Source: Polyangiales bacterium | GTDB taxonomy: Bacteria > Myxococcota_A > Polyangia > Polyangiales > Ga0077539 | Assembly: GCA_044229975.1 (NCBI GenBank) | Contig: JBGARZ010000006.1 | Location: 96,001-160,000 of the forward strand | Reading direction: 5' to 3' | DNA length: 64,000 nucleotides | In this document: piece by piece, positions 50,483 to 62,000 of the stretch | Layout: every line of letters begins with the position of its first letter | Position numbering within the stretch: the first letter of the stretch is position 1 | Position numbers and translations under genes: made by a program | The notes under the pieces: model-generated | What the model was told of the DNA's origin: nothing | Databases searched by the model: none | Seen by the model: the letters and a program-made list of their open reading frames with translations, nothing else

Positions 50483-51379
50483 ATGGTGCACAGCCCCTTC
50501 GGCAACGCGTTCAGGCCCGGCACCCGCTTCGTTCAGGAGGCCAGCGGGCTCGTCGAGGTGAGCACGCGCGTGCTCGGTGAGCTCAAGGTGGTGAGCGGAC
50601 GCATCGCCGCGTCGGACCCCTTCGTCACGGCCTTCGACGAGCCCGCTGCGGTCTTCGCGCGGACGGCGCCCGTCGGGGTGTTTCCCGTCGAGGCGTGCGT
50701 CGCCCGCTTCGATAACGCCGACGCCCGCGTGGCCTGCGCGCGCGTGCGCTTCGCCGCGACGGAGGCGGTGCGCTGGGAGATGGCCACCTTCGCCGGGCAG
50801 GAGGCGCTCGCGGACGACGAGGCAGCGGGCTACGGCGTCGACGCGGGCACCGGCTGCTTCTACGACGCGGAGGCGCGCGGCGACGTCGACGAGGCGACCG
50901 GCGCGGTGTGGCTCGCGGCGATGGAAGCGCGCGGCGTCGACACATGGTCGTGGCACGTGGCCGAGCTCAGCGGGGGCAACGTGGTGATGTTCTCGTCGGG
51001 GTGGGGGGATGGGTTCTACACGTCGTACTGGGGCTTCGACGGCGACGGCACCGTGGTGGAGCTGGTGACGGACTTCGCGGTGCTCATCGAGGCGGTGCAC
51101 GAGCGCTTCGAGGTTCCGCTGCCGTTGCCGCGCGGGAAGGTGGAGCACCCGCTGCTGACGAAGGCGGGCGCCACGCTGCGAGGGCCGCTGCTGTCGCGCA
51201 CGACGGCCATCCTCGGCGGCGAAGGGGGCGTGCGGGTCGAGCTGTCGAGCGGCGAGCCCGTGGAGATGAAGTGGGAAGGGAAGGAGCGGCGCTACACCTG
51301 GAAGAAGGCCGCGCCGGGGAGCCGACTGGTGGTCTCGGTGATGGTCGGCGTGAAGGCGATGGAGGCGGTGAGGGGCTAA
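50483..51379 (+). CDS. DUF4241 domain protein with extra C-terminal domain
   Basis: SGRIAASDP, YGVDAGTGCF, FSSGWGDGFY.SYWG, LVTDF. Confidence 0.85.
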   Translation: MVHSPFGNAFRPGTRFVQEASGLVEVSTRVLGELKVVSGRIAASDPFVTAFDEPAAVFARTAPVGVFPVEACVARFDNADARVACARVRFAATEAVRWEMATFAGQEALADDEAAGYGVDAGTGCFYDAEARGDVDEATGAVWLAAMEARGVDTWSWHVAELSGGNVVMFSSGWGDGFYTSYWGFDGDGTVVELVTDFAVLIEAVHERFEVPLPLPRGKVEHPLLTKAGATLRGPLLSRTTAILGGEGGVRVELSSGEPVEMKWEGKERRYTWKKAAPGSRLVVSVMVGVKAMEAVRG

Positions 51380-51383
51380 ACCG

Positions 51384-52763
51384 CTACGCGCGTCGCCGTC
51401 GGCGCACCAAGGTCGTCGCCGCGAGCGCGAGCGCACCCCACCACGCCGCGGGACGTCGCGCTCCGCCCGCCGTGTGGCAGCCGCAGCCGGACGTGTCGGG
51501 CGTCGCCCGCGACGCGTCGGGCGCGCTCCCGCTGTCGGCGCCGGCGTCCTTGTCGACCCCGGCGTCGGTGACCTCCACGTCGTCGGTCGGGACGTCGTCG
51601 TCGATGGCCGCGTCGGGCGCTTCTTCGCCGCCGTCGTAGGGCACCGTGGTGACGAGGCGCCCGCGGTTGGCCGTCGCCAGCGCGTAGCCCGACGCGCAGG
51701 AGCTGATGGCGTTGTCGAAGCTCGCGGCGAGCTCGTCGGTCACCTGATCGGGCGTCGCGAGCAGCACCCACATCACGTCGAGGTCACGCTCCGCCGTCGG
51801 GTACGCGGGCACGCGCACGCCGTTGGCGCGCTGGATGTCGGCGATGGTGAGGTCGACGCGACGCCCGCGGATCGTGACGGGACGCCCCGTGTAGTTGGGC
51901 GCGCTGTCGCGGTTGAGGTCACCGGGAACGCCCTGGGGCGAGTCGATGAGGAAGGTGGGCGGCACCTCGGAGGCGGGGATGAGTCCCATCGCGTAGAGGT
52001 CGAGCGGCGAAAAGCGGAAGCTCGGGAAGGCGGCGCGGAACGTCCCCGGCGAGGTCTCCATCCAGTTGTTGCCCTCCATCGGGGAGCCGCCCGTGTTGAA
52101 GAAGTAGCTCCAGTGCGAGCGGTTGACGACCATGCCGCCGGGGAGCTGGTTGCCGCGACCGAGCAGCGCCTCGCGCGCGAGCGGAGCGGGTCCACCATCG
52201 GCCACGCCACCGTCGGGAACACCGCCATCGGCGACGCTGTCGGGGTACGGCGGCACCACCATCGTCGCGCCGTAGCGGTGACCAAACTCCTGCGTGCAGA
52301 TGAGGAAGCGACCGAAGAGCTGCGTGCGCGCGTCGAGGTAGGTCAGGTACGAGTTGAGGAAGACAAACCCGTCGAGGGGGAAGGCCGTCCCGAAGGCGGT
52401 GTTGAGATCGAACAGCTCGGCGCGCGCGTCGAGCGGGCTGTGCTGACCGATGCCGCGCACGTCGTTGCGAATCGGCAGGTAGAACGCCAGCGGGCTCATG
52501 ACCGAAGGCACCTGCATCGCCGCGAGGTATCGCCCCTCGTGGAAGCCTTCGACGTTCTGCAACGCGGCGGTCACCTCCTGGAGGAAGGCGACGGTGCTCT
52601 GCGTGTTGGACACCGGGATGGTGTCGCCCCACTGCTCGTTGTCGTCCGTGACGATGTAGCCGTAGTGGGTGACGCGCGCGACGACGATCGCGTCGGCGGC
52701 GCTCGCCTGCAGCGCGAGCCCGAGGCCGACGATCGGGGCGAACCAACTTCTGTTCGGGTGCAT
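51384..52763 (-). CDS. Secreted MYXO-CTERM-anchored protein, zincin-like with QExxH motif
   Basis: Signal peptide; CTQEFGHRYG, SHWSYFF, FSPLDLYAMGL; C-terminal SGCGC...TM...RRRRRA. Confidence 0.85.
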   Translation of the reverse strand: MHPNRSWFAPIVGLGLALQASAADAIVVARVTHYGYIVTDDNEQWGDTIPVSNTQSTVAFLQEVTAALQNVEGFHEGRYLAAMQVPSVMSPLAFYLPIRNDVRGIGQHSPLDARAELFDLNTAFGTAFPLDGFVFLNSYLTYLDARTQLFGRFLICTQEFGHRYGATMVVPPYPDSVADGGVPDGGVADGGPAPLAREALLGRGNQLPGGMVVNRSHWSYFFNTGGSPMEGNNWMETSPGTFRAAFPSFRFSPLDLYAMGLIPASEVPPTFLIDSPQGVPGDLNRDSAPNYTGRPVTIRGRRVDLTIADIQRANGVRVPAYPTAERDLDVMWVLLATPDQVTDELAASFDNAISSCASGYALATANRGRLVTTVPYDGGEEAPDAAIDDDVPTDDVEVTDAGVDKDAGADSGSAPDASRATPDTSGCGCHTAGGARRPAAWWGALALAATTLVRRRRRA

Positions 52764-52878
52764 AGGGGCGCGCAGTCTCTCCGAGTGCGGCCCGAAACGG
52801 AATGCGCTGACGACCCTTCGACGTCGAAGGTCAGTCCACGGCACCGGAGGGGTGAGGCGGACGCGAAACCGCAGCGGT

Positions 52879-53655
52879 TCAGCGCGAGCGGGTGAACGTA
52901 CGCATCGACGACCCGCGGAACATCGTGAACGCCAGCTCGGTGCTCGTCACCGTCACCGGGCCCGTGTAGTCCGCCGCGGTGGAGGTCACGTTCGACTCGG
53001 GGAGCGACATCTGCGCCACGTCGCGGGAGCTGTCGGTGCAGCGCGTGACCTCGGTGGTTCCGACGTCGAAGCGGGCCGTGAAGGTCGAGCCGGTGAGCGC
53101 CCAGCTACCCTGGTACTCGTTGGTGGTCACGCAGCCCGACCCGGAGAGCGTGTTGACCGACTGGTACCGCAGCATGCCCGTGGACGGCCCGCCCATGATG
53201 TCCAGGCGGTACTCGAACATCGGCGCCGTCGTGCTGAACTCCCAGGTCGCAACGATGCTCGCCGGCGTCGCGGTGCCCGTGTCGGTGGGCGTCTCGCCCG
53301 CGTCGGTGGGCGTCTCCCCGGCGTCGGTGGGCGTCTCGCCCGCGTCGGTCGCTCCGCCCGTGACGCAGTCGGTGTACGCCTGGCCCTGGGTCGCGCACGA
53401 CGGGCCGCCGCCCTGGGTAAACCCGCACATCTGACCGCTCGCAGCGGCGCACCGCACGACGGCGTTGTACTGGCTCTGACACCGCGGCACCGCGGTGCCG
53501 CCGGCCTCGCACATCGCCGCGCAGCCCGATGGACACGAGGCAGCGGCGCAGAGCGTGGCGCACGGGGTGGTGGTCGCAGCGCCTGCGTCGGGGGAGGCCG
53601 CGCCGCCGGACGAACAAGCCGCGAGGAGGAAGGCAGAGAGGAAGAGTCGCTTCAT
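52879..53655 (-). CDS. Lipoprotein with Cys-rich N-domain, repeat linker and beta-barrel-like C-domain
   Basis: MKRLFLSAFLLAAC lipobox; GGAGA RBS; SIVATWEF lipocalin-like start of the C-domain. Confidence 0.8.
   Translation of the reverse strand: MKRLFLSAFLLAACSSGGAASPDAGAATTTPCATLCAAASCPSGCAAMCEAGGTAVPRCQSQYNAVVRCAAASGQMCGFTQGGGPSCATQGQAYTDCVTGGATDAGETPTDAGETPTDAGETPTDTGTATPASIVATWEFSTTAPMFEYRLDIMGGPSTGMLRYQSVNTLSGSGCVTTNEYQGSWALTGSTFTARFDVGTTEVTRCTDSSRDVAQMSLPESNVTSTAADYTGPVTVTSTELAFTMFRGSSMRTFTRSR
53281..53349 (-). repeat. 21-bp coding tandem repeat (TDAGETP x3)
   Basis: GTCGGTGGGCGTCTCGCCCGC repeated about 3.3 times. Confidence 0.9.
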
Positions 53656-53696
53656 GGGAATTTCGTTCTCCGGTTGAGAGGTCGCGACACGCCCAT

Positions 53697-53712
53697 CGCA
53701 ACCGACATGCCG
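53697..53712 (-). promoter_or_regulatory. Sigma54 -24/-12 promoter for the lipoprotein gene
   Basis: Minus strand CGGCATGTCGGTTGCG (GG-N10-GC), ~40 bp upstream of ATG 53655 and divergent from a sigma54 activator. Confidence 0.72.
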
Positions 53713-53838
53713 CTGCGCCCGGAGGTTGCAACCGACGGCTCTGTCATGAGCCATCCACTCCCCCGCACTCGCGTCGACGCGCGCTCGCTGGTCGCCGCGC
53801 TGGTCCCTCCCGCGCGGCACATCCACTCCCGAGAGCGA

Positions 53839-53875
53839 GACACCGGTGTCCCGCCCGGAGGACACGCGCGACCCG
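53839..53875. promoter_or_regulatory. Candidate enhancer (UAS) for the FHA-sigma54 activator
   Basis: Perfect palindrome GACACCGGTGTC (53839-53850) plus a degenerate GACAC copy 22 bp later. Confidence 0.5.
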
Positions 53876-53894
53876 CCCTGAGGGCCGGACGTCG

Positions 53895-55271
<1,377 letters not shown>

Positions 55272-56714
55272 CTACGGGCTGAGCACGAAGCGCCGCGGCA
55301 GCGTCAGGTTGCCGGTGGCGCCCAGGGTCGTGATGGCGCCGTCGGTCGGGCTCACGAAGATCGCGGTGGGCGAAAACGGGGTGGGCGAGAGGTCGAGGGT
55401 GGCGGTTCCGCCGACGCCGAAGGACACGTCGAGGCGCCCATCGGGCGTGAGGCGGTGCACCTTGCCGATGATGCCCCGGTCGGTCGCGCCGAGCAGCAGC
55501 CGACCGTCGCACTGCCGCGCGAGCATGTGATTGAGGAGGTAGCTCGGGTGGCGGAGCCACGGGGACACGAACACCCCGCCCGCGCCGAAGGATGCGTCGA
55601 AGCGACCCGCGTGGTCGAAGCGCACCGCGGCGCTCGTGAGCGTGTCGAGCCGCGTGACGTCCCCCCAGCTCCCGGCGACCACGTACCCGCCGCGGCTGTC
55701 GGCGACCGCGGACCGCAGCAGCATGCCTTGAGGGAGCGCGCGCTCTGCCGCCCCGCCGACGCCGAACCATGGCACCCGGGCCCCGCGCGGATCGAGCGCG
55801 AGGAGGTAGGGGGCGGAGCGGCGCGTGGTGCCGACGACCAGCAGGCCCCACGCGGTTCGCAGCAGCGTGCCGATGCCCTGCACCTCCGGGGCGACGACGC
55901 GGCCCGCCTCGCCGAAGGTGCGGTCGACGCTGCCGTCCCAGCGGAGGCGCACGACGACGCCGTAGGTGCCGATCGAGAAGGGGTGGATGTCCTCGCCCGC
56001 GACGGTGATGCCCTCCTCGTCGGCGACGACCGCCGTGAGGTAGCGCAGCGGGAAGTCCCACGACACGGCGTCGGGGAAGGTGAACACACCTCCCTGGGCG
56101 AAGGCCGGGTCGGGCGCACCATCGTCACGCAGGACCACGACGAGGCCCGCCGCGAGCGCGCCGGGTCGCACCGTCTCGCTGCCCACGAGCACCGCGCGCT
56201 CGCCCACGAAGGTCACGTCGCGCAGGTACGCCGCGCTGCCGTCCATGGCCTGCGGAGACGACACGCAGACGCGTCCGCCGACGCCGAAGGAGTCGTCGAC
56301 GGTGCCGTCGGGGAGGAGCCGCACCACCGCGGGCTCCAGCGCGGCGCCCGCGCGCCGACAACCAGACGCCACGCCGACGAGCCAGATGCGACCGCGGCCG
56401 TCCACCACCGCGCCGCTGTGCCCGAAGCCCACGAAGGCTCGAGCGCGCGGGTCGGCGAAGGGCCGCAACGACGGAACGCCCGCCGCGCCCGAAGACCCGG
56501 GGCAGCCCGAGACGTCGTCCACCGCGACGTCGTCGATCGCCGCCACCACGTCGCTCGACCCCACGTCGGACGACGCCACGTCCGGCAATTGTTGGAGGGC
56601 GACGTCCGCGTCCGTGGCGGCGTCGCTGTCGCGCACGCCCACGATGGGTGTGCACGCGACGAGCGCGGTGACGAGGAGCGCGGATCGTACCGGAGACGAG
56701 CAGGTGGGGTTCAT
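55272..56714 (-). CDS. Lipoprotein with delta-60-type beta-propeller repeats
   Basis: LVAC lipobox; repeats RLLPDGTVDDSFGVGG, RLRWDGSVDRTFG, RLTPDGRLDVSFGVGG. Confidence 0.85.
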   Translation of the reverse strand: MNPTCSSPVRSALLVTALVACTPIVGVRDSDAATDADVALQQLPDVASSDVGSSDVVAAIDDVAVDDVSGCPGSSGAAGVPSLRPFADPRARAFVGFGHSGAVVDGRGRIWLVGVASGCRRAGAALEPAVVRLLPDGTVDDSFGVGGRVCVSSPQAMDGSAAYLRDVTFVGERAVLVGSETVRPGALAAGLVVVLRDDGAPDPAFAQGGVFTFPDAVSWDFPLRYLTAVVADEEGITVAGEDIHPFSIGTYGVVVRLRWDGSVDRTFGEAGRVVAPEVQGIGTLLRTAWGLLVVGTTRRSAPYLLALDPRGARVPWFGVGGAAERALPQGMLLRSAVADSRGGYVVAGSWGDVTRLDTLTSAAVRFDHAGRFDASFGAGGVFVSPWLRHPSYLLNHMLARQCDGRLLLGATDRGIIGKVHRLTPDGRLDVSFGVGGTATLDLSPTPFSPTAIFVSPTDGAITTLGATGNLTLPRRFVLSP

Positions 56715-56728
56715 CGGTGGTGCGGCGA

Positions 56729-57727
56729 TCAGAATCGCACTTCGCATGCCAGCGAACGCCACCCCGGGCCGCAGCGCCACGTGCTGCGCGGCGTGCTCCG
56801 ACGGTCGAGCAGGAGCGCGGAGAGTCCGCCCACGAGGAGGGCGCCACCCGCCGCGAAGCCGACCCAGCGCGCGGTGCCCCAGGTGGCCTCGGCGTCGAGG
56901 AGATCGCGGCAGTTGGCCGAGAGCCCCTGCATCGAGGCCGGGCAGCGCTCACGCTCGTTGTAGCCCTGCGCGGCGTCTTCCCGCAGGACGACCGCCACGA
57001 CGCCAAACAACACCCCGGCGCCACCGACGACGGTGAGGGTCAGCCCGAGGCCACGCAGCGCCGAGGCGCCCGACGACACGACCGCGCGCGGTGGCGGGGT
57101 CGACACGACCACGGGCGGCGGTGCGACGACGGGCGGTGCGACGATGGGCGGTGCGACGACGGGCGACTCCACGGCGGCGGCCGCGAGGACGATCTCTTCG
57201 CGCAGCGTGGCGCCCGGATCGACGACGAGGCGGCGATGAACAGGGGCGTAGCCGTCGGCGCGGAGCTCGATGTTCACCGTGCCGGCGAGGACGCGGAGCG
57301 GGGCCGCGAGGGGGAGCGTTCCGACAGGGTGACCGTCGACGGAGACCGCGGCGCCCGCGGGCTGGCCCACGAGTTCGACCTCACCGACGTGCTGCTGCAC
57401 CACGCGGAGCGCGGCGTCGAGGGGCGCCCGGTGGAGCCGCACCCAGGCGTCCTGTGGGGTCGTCGCGACGAGGCGGAGGAAGTGGTCGGCCTCGACCCAG
57501 TGACCGAGCGCCTGGTGCGCGAGGCCAACCTGCGCCGCGACCCGGGGCGAGCGATCGAGGGCCCACGCCGCCTCGAACTGCGTGAGCGCGTCGGCCTCTG
57601 CGCCGCGCTGACGAAGCGCGAAGCCCGCGCGAAGGTGCTCCTCGGCGGTCTGGGCTGCTGCCTCACCGATCAGGCCCCACCACCCGGCCGCGATCAGCGC
57701 GATGAACGCAGGTCGAACACGCACCAC
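56729..57727 (-). CDS. TPR-PEGA domain membrane protein
   Basis: TPR-like AEEHLRAG...FEAAW...LGHWVEA; PEGA GAAVSVDG..VGTLPL; C-terminal TM segments; start uncertain. Confidence 0.85.
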   Translation of the reverse strand: MVRVRPAFIALIAAGWWGLIGEAAAQTAEEHLRAGFALRQRGAEADALTQFEAAWALDRSPRVAAQVGLAHQALGHWVEADHFLRLVATTPQDAWVRLHRAPLDAALRVVQQHVGEVELVGQPAGAAVSVDGHPVGTLPLAAPLRVLAGTVNIELRADGYAPVHRRLVVDPGATLREEIVLAAAAVESPVVAPPIVAPPVVAPPPVVVSTPPPRAVVSSGASALRGLGLTLTVVGGAGVLFGVVAVVLREDAAQGYNERERCPASMQGLSANCRDLLDAEATWGTARWVGFAAGGALLVGGLSALLLDRRSTPRSTWRCGPGWRSLACEVRF

Positions 57728-57767
57728 GGCGAAGGCTACTCCGATCGCAAAGCGCCCGTACAGGGTC

Positions 57768-58991
57768 TCACGGGGGGATGAGCAGGGCGCCGTTGCGAGG
57801 CGACGCCACGGGGACGACGACCGGCAGCACACGGGGCGCGCGGCGCGGCGGTGCAGCGGTCGTGGCGACCGGCGTGGTGGTGGGCGCAGCGACGAGCGCG
57901 ACGACGGACGCGGGCATCGGCGCCGGGGCGGAGGGCGGGGTCACCGTCGCGACCTGCACGCTGACCGGGACAGCGGTGACGGGCGCGCGGGGACGCTCTT
58001 CGCGGCGCGCCCACAGCATGAGCCCGAGGACGAGCAGCACGATCGCCGACGCCGCGACGAACCGACGGGCGGGCGGCCGTGACGCGACGACGACAGGCGC
58101 GAGCAGCGCCGCGGCGAAGGCGCGCATGGTGGGGTGACGTTGCTCGCGGTCGGGTTCGAGGCACCGGTCGATGGCGGCGGCGACGGGGGCGGGCACCTCG
58201 GGCGCGACGTCGGCGAGGCGGGGCGCCCGGCGCGTGAGCACCTGCGCGATGACGTCGTTGTAGTTGACCCCGGCGAAGGGAGGCGCGCCCGCGAGCACCT
58301 CGTACAAGACCACGCCCATCGCCCAGACGTCGGCGCGCGCGTCGAGGTCGGACTGACCGCGGGCCTGCTCCGGGGCCATGTAGCCGGCGGTGCCCAGGAC
58401 GGCACCCGTACGGGTGACGGCGACGCGGGCGCTCTCGGCCTCGTGGATGCGCGCGATGCCGAAGTCGATGAGCCGCGCGAAGGGGCCGTCGGGGCGCTCT
58501 TCCAGGAAGATGTTCTCGGGCTTCACGTCGCGGTGGATGACGCCGACCTCGTGCGCCGCGGCGAGGGCTTCGAGCAGCGGGCCCAGCAGCGCGAGGGCGT
58601 CATCCGTCGGGAGCCTTCCGCGGCGCCGGAGGTGACGGCGGAGGTCTTCCCCGACGAGAAACTCCTGCACCATGAACACCGCCCCGTTCGCCCGGTCGCG
58701 GCCCATGTCGAGCACCTCCACCACGCGCGGGTGATGCGTCCGCGCGGCGGCGCGCGCCTCGGCCTGGAAGCGCTCCATGGTCGCGGGCGCCGGGGTGGCC
58801 ATGGCGTCGCTGTCCGCGAAGCGCCCGGTGCGCAGCACCTTCACGGCGACGCGCCGCTCGGTCCAGGTGTGCACGGCCTCGTAGACGTCGGCCATGCCGC
58901 CGCACCCGACGAGCCGCACGAGGCGGTAGCGACCCGCGAGGGTCTCCCCGGCCATGGCGCCCTGCTCGTCACTGATCTCTTCGGCGGTCAT
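57768..58991 (-). CDS. Ser/Thr protein kinase with TM helix and Pro-rich tail
   Basis: GCGGMADVY, VAVK, HRDVKPEN, DFG, YMAPEQ. Confidence 0.95.
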   Translation of the reverse strand: MTAEEISDEQGAMAGETLAGRYRLVRLVGCGGMADVYEAVHTWTERRVAVKVLRTGRFADSDAMATPAPATMERFQAEARAAARTHHPRVVEVLDMGRDRANGAVFMVQEFLVGEDLRRHLRRRGRLPTDDALALLGPLLEALAAAHEVGVIHRDVKPENIFLEERPDGPFARLIDFGIARIHEAESARVAVTRTGAVLGTAGYMAPEQARGQSDLDARADVWAMGVVLYEVLAGAPPFAGVNYNDVIAQVLTRRAPRLADVAPEVPAPVAAAIDRCLEPDREQRHPTMRAFAAALLAPVVVASRPPARRFVAASAIVLLVLGLMLWARREERPRAPVTAVPVSVQVATVTPPSAPAPMPASVVALVAAPTTTPVATTAAPPRRAPRVLPVVVPVASPRNGALLIPP

Positions 58992-59086
58992 CGGATGCCA
59001 ACCCGTCGCGAGTTGGCATCGTACACCGCACGCCCGCGACGTCAGCGTCGCACCGACCGCGCCTCGCACTACGGCGTGGTGGTGCC

Positions 59087-62000
59087 CTACGGCGCGGCGC
59101 GCAGCACGCAGGTTCCGTGGTCGAGCACCTGGTCATCACGGCAGGCGCCCAGCGCGGCCCACGCGCGCAGTGCCTCCACCGCGGCGGTGGGGACGAGGTC
59201 GCAGCGCGGCCGCGCGGCCGTGACGGCATCCAGGCCGGGCATGTTGCCCGTCGGGTTGAACCACCGGAGCTTGGACTGCGGACTGAAGAGCCGTGAGGTC
59301 GGCGCCGACGCCCCTGGCGTGATGTGTCCGCCGCTGACCATGTACGCATAGAAACTGTTCGAGGTCGCCGCCCAGGTCGTGTGGCACCCCGCGCAGCGCC
59401 TGAGGCCGGGCGGTGTGTCGGTGTCGAAGTACGCGGTGTAGATCGCGTTCCAGGTGGTGGGCACCGTGCCGGTGTGCGTGGGCGGGCAGTACCCCGGGTC
59501 GCCGCAGTCCTCGGGCGTACCGCCGTCGCGAATCGCGTCGAAGAGCCCATACATCGTCACGCCGTTGCCCGACGAGACAAACGCCCGGCCGCCCGCCACC
59601 GTCGGCGGGACGAAGGTCTCGAAGCCCCCGAGGCCGTCGCGGGTGTCCGAGGTGCTGCGGTAGATGGGCCCGCCGCTGAGGTGCTCGGCGTCGAACGCCA
59701 GCAGCTCGCCCGCGCACGTGGGCACCACGGCCCAGAGCACCCCGGTGCCCGCGGTGGTGCCGCGCGCCGAGAGCGCCAGCGCCGTGCTGCGGTCGTGCAG
59801 CAGGTCGTTGGTCGGCGTGTACCGGTCGCCCACGCAGGTGGGCTGCACCGGCGCTCCTTCGACCCCCAGCTCGCTGCCGCACACGCCGTCGTGCAGGGTC
59901 GTGCTGGTGTACGGCGGCAGTGATCCGGCGCCGCAGCCGACGGTGTCGGTCATCCGATCGTGCGACCAGCTCTGGAGCGCAAGCCGACTGGGCCAGACGT
60001 ACACACGCCCGCCGGTGGCCGTGGGCAGGTACACCGTTCCGCCGAAGACGTGGCCGCCGCCGCGCCACGGGTTGTTGGGACCGTCGCTGCTGGTCAGGCC
60101 CTCGAAGTAGAAGCGCTGCCGCATGCCGGGCTCGATCGCGTCGCGCGCCGCGCGGTGCCCGAGGCTCGACGCGCGCAGCAGGAGCATCTCCGCCGACTTG
60201 CCCGCCGCGAGCAAGAGGTCGGAGCCCGGCACCAGCGTCGGGCCGCCGGAGGCGAGGTCGAGGTCGTTGTTGTCGAGCGCCTCCCAGTTGTTGGGGATGT
60301 AGTAGTCGCGCACGGCGAGGCCCGTCGCGCTCGCCCCGAGGCGCACCACCGCGTCGGTCATGTCGGGGTCGCCCGCGGTGTCCGAGACGTCGGGGTGGTA
60401 GGTGTTGCCCGTGGTGATGAAGACGTCCCCGGTGCCGGTGCTCGCGGGCCCGCGTCCGCCCTGCCAGATGCCACCACCGTTGCCGAGGGGGCAACCCGTC
60501 CCGCCCGCGGTCTCGCTGCCGTGGAGGTAGCGGCACGAGCAGGTCGCCGCGCCGCGCGTCGTGGTGGCGTAGATGCCCGCCCGGACGAGCGTCGCGGCGT
60601 CGTAGGTCATCACCCAGCCGTGGTACGGCGTCTGGTCGCAGGTGCCGCCGAAGGCGATCCAGATGCGCCCGTCCTGGAGCAGCAACGCCGGGCGCTGAAA
60701 CTGGAGCCGCGGCTGGAATTCCACCGTGCGCGGCATGGACATGGTCGCGTCGGCGGCGCTCCCGATCACCGACCCTTCGATGACGCGCGGCGACCCGGCG
60801 CGCTCGGCGCCCGTGATGAGGTCGACGGCGTGCAGCTCGAAGACGGCGTCGCTCCAGAGGTTGGGCGGAGCGCCCGTGCCCGGATCGATGGCCCGCTTGC
60901 TGACGAAGTAGACGGTGCGCGTGCGCAGGTCGACCGCGGGCGTGCTGGTGATGCCCGCCGTCGACCGGATGTTGCTGACGCAGCCCGCGAAGGTGCCGCC
61001 GCCCGGCAGCGGGCGCTCGGTGACGTGGTCGAAGGCCTGCCCGACGTTGCGGTGCCACAGCTCGATGGGCGTCGTCCCCTGCACGTCGTAGGCGTAGAGG
61101 GAGTTGGCCTCCGTCGCGACGAGCAGCGCGTCGTGGCCGTTGACGGCGCCGCCGAGAAACAGCGGCTGCGCGTGCACCTGACCGTCCACGGTGATGCGCG
61201 CGAGGCGGCCAAACCTCCGCTCGCGCACGTTGGCTGGCGTGAGCGCGGACTCGCGCACGTTGGCGCCGGTGCGCCGGGTGTCGTTGGCCTGCTCGATGAC
61301 CAGGCTGTCGTAGCGCCCGAAGCCCACCACCTGCTCGGGCCACGCGACGGTCGCGTCGAGGCGGTGACCCAGCCCGAGCTGCCCGACCTCGTTGCGACCC
61401 GACACCCAGAGGTGCGTGCCCTGCACGACGAAGGTCGTCGCCGCGCCCGCCGCGATCGCCCCGTCCCGCGACGCGTCGGCCGGAATCGTCGACAGCGGCT
61501 GCGGGAAGCCCGCGCCCATGGTGCCCGGGAGCTGCCCGCTGGTGTTGGCGCCGAAGCCCCACGGCGCGCCGTCGAGCGCGCGCACGAGCGTGTGGTTGTC
61601 TCCCGCGCTCACGCGGCGCGCGAGCAGGCCCTCGATGGGCCCGGGCGGCAACCACCGGCTGTCCGTCGTCGGAGCCCCGCGGCCGAGCTGACCCGCGAGG
61701 TTGGCGCCCCAGGTCCAGACGGTGTCGTTCTGTGCGAGGGCGATGACGTGACCTTCGCCCGCGGAGACCGCCGCGATGGGCGGCAGACCCTCCACGCGAA
61801 ACGGCGGCGACGGCGCGCCCGAGGGCGTCACGCCGAGCTGCCCGACGGTGTTGTCACCCCAGGTCCACACCGCGCCATCGGCCGCGACGCCGACGCCGAA
61901 GCCGTGTCCGGCGGCGATGGCCACCAGCGGCGGCAACCCCGGAACGTCATGCATCGACTCACCGTCGTTGGCGACGCCGTGCTGCCCGACGCTGTTGTCC

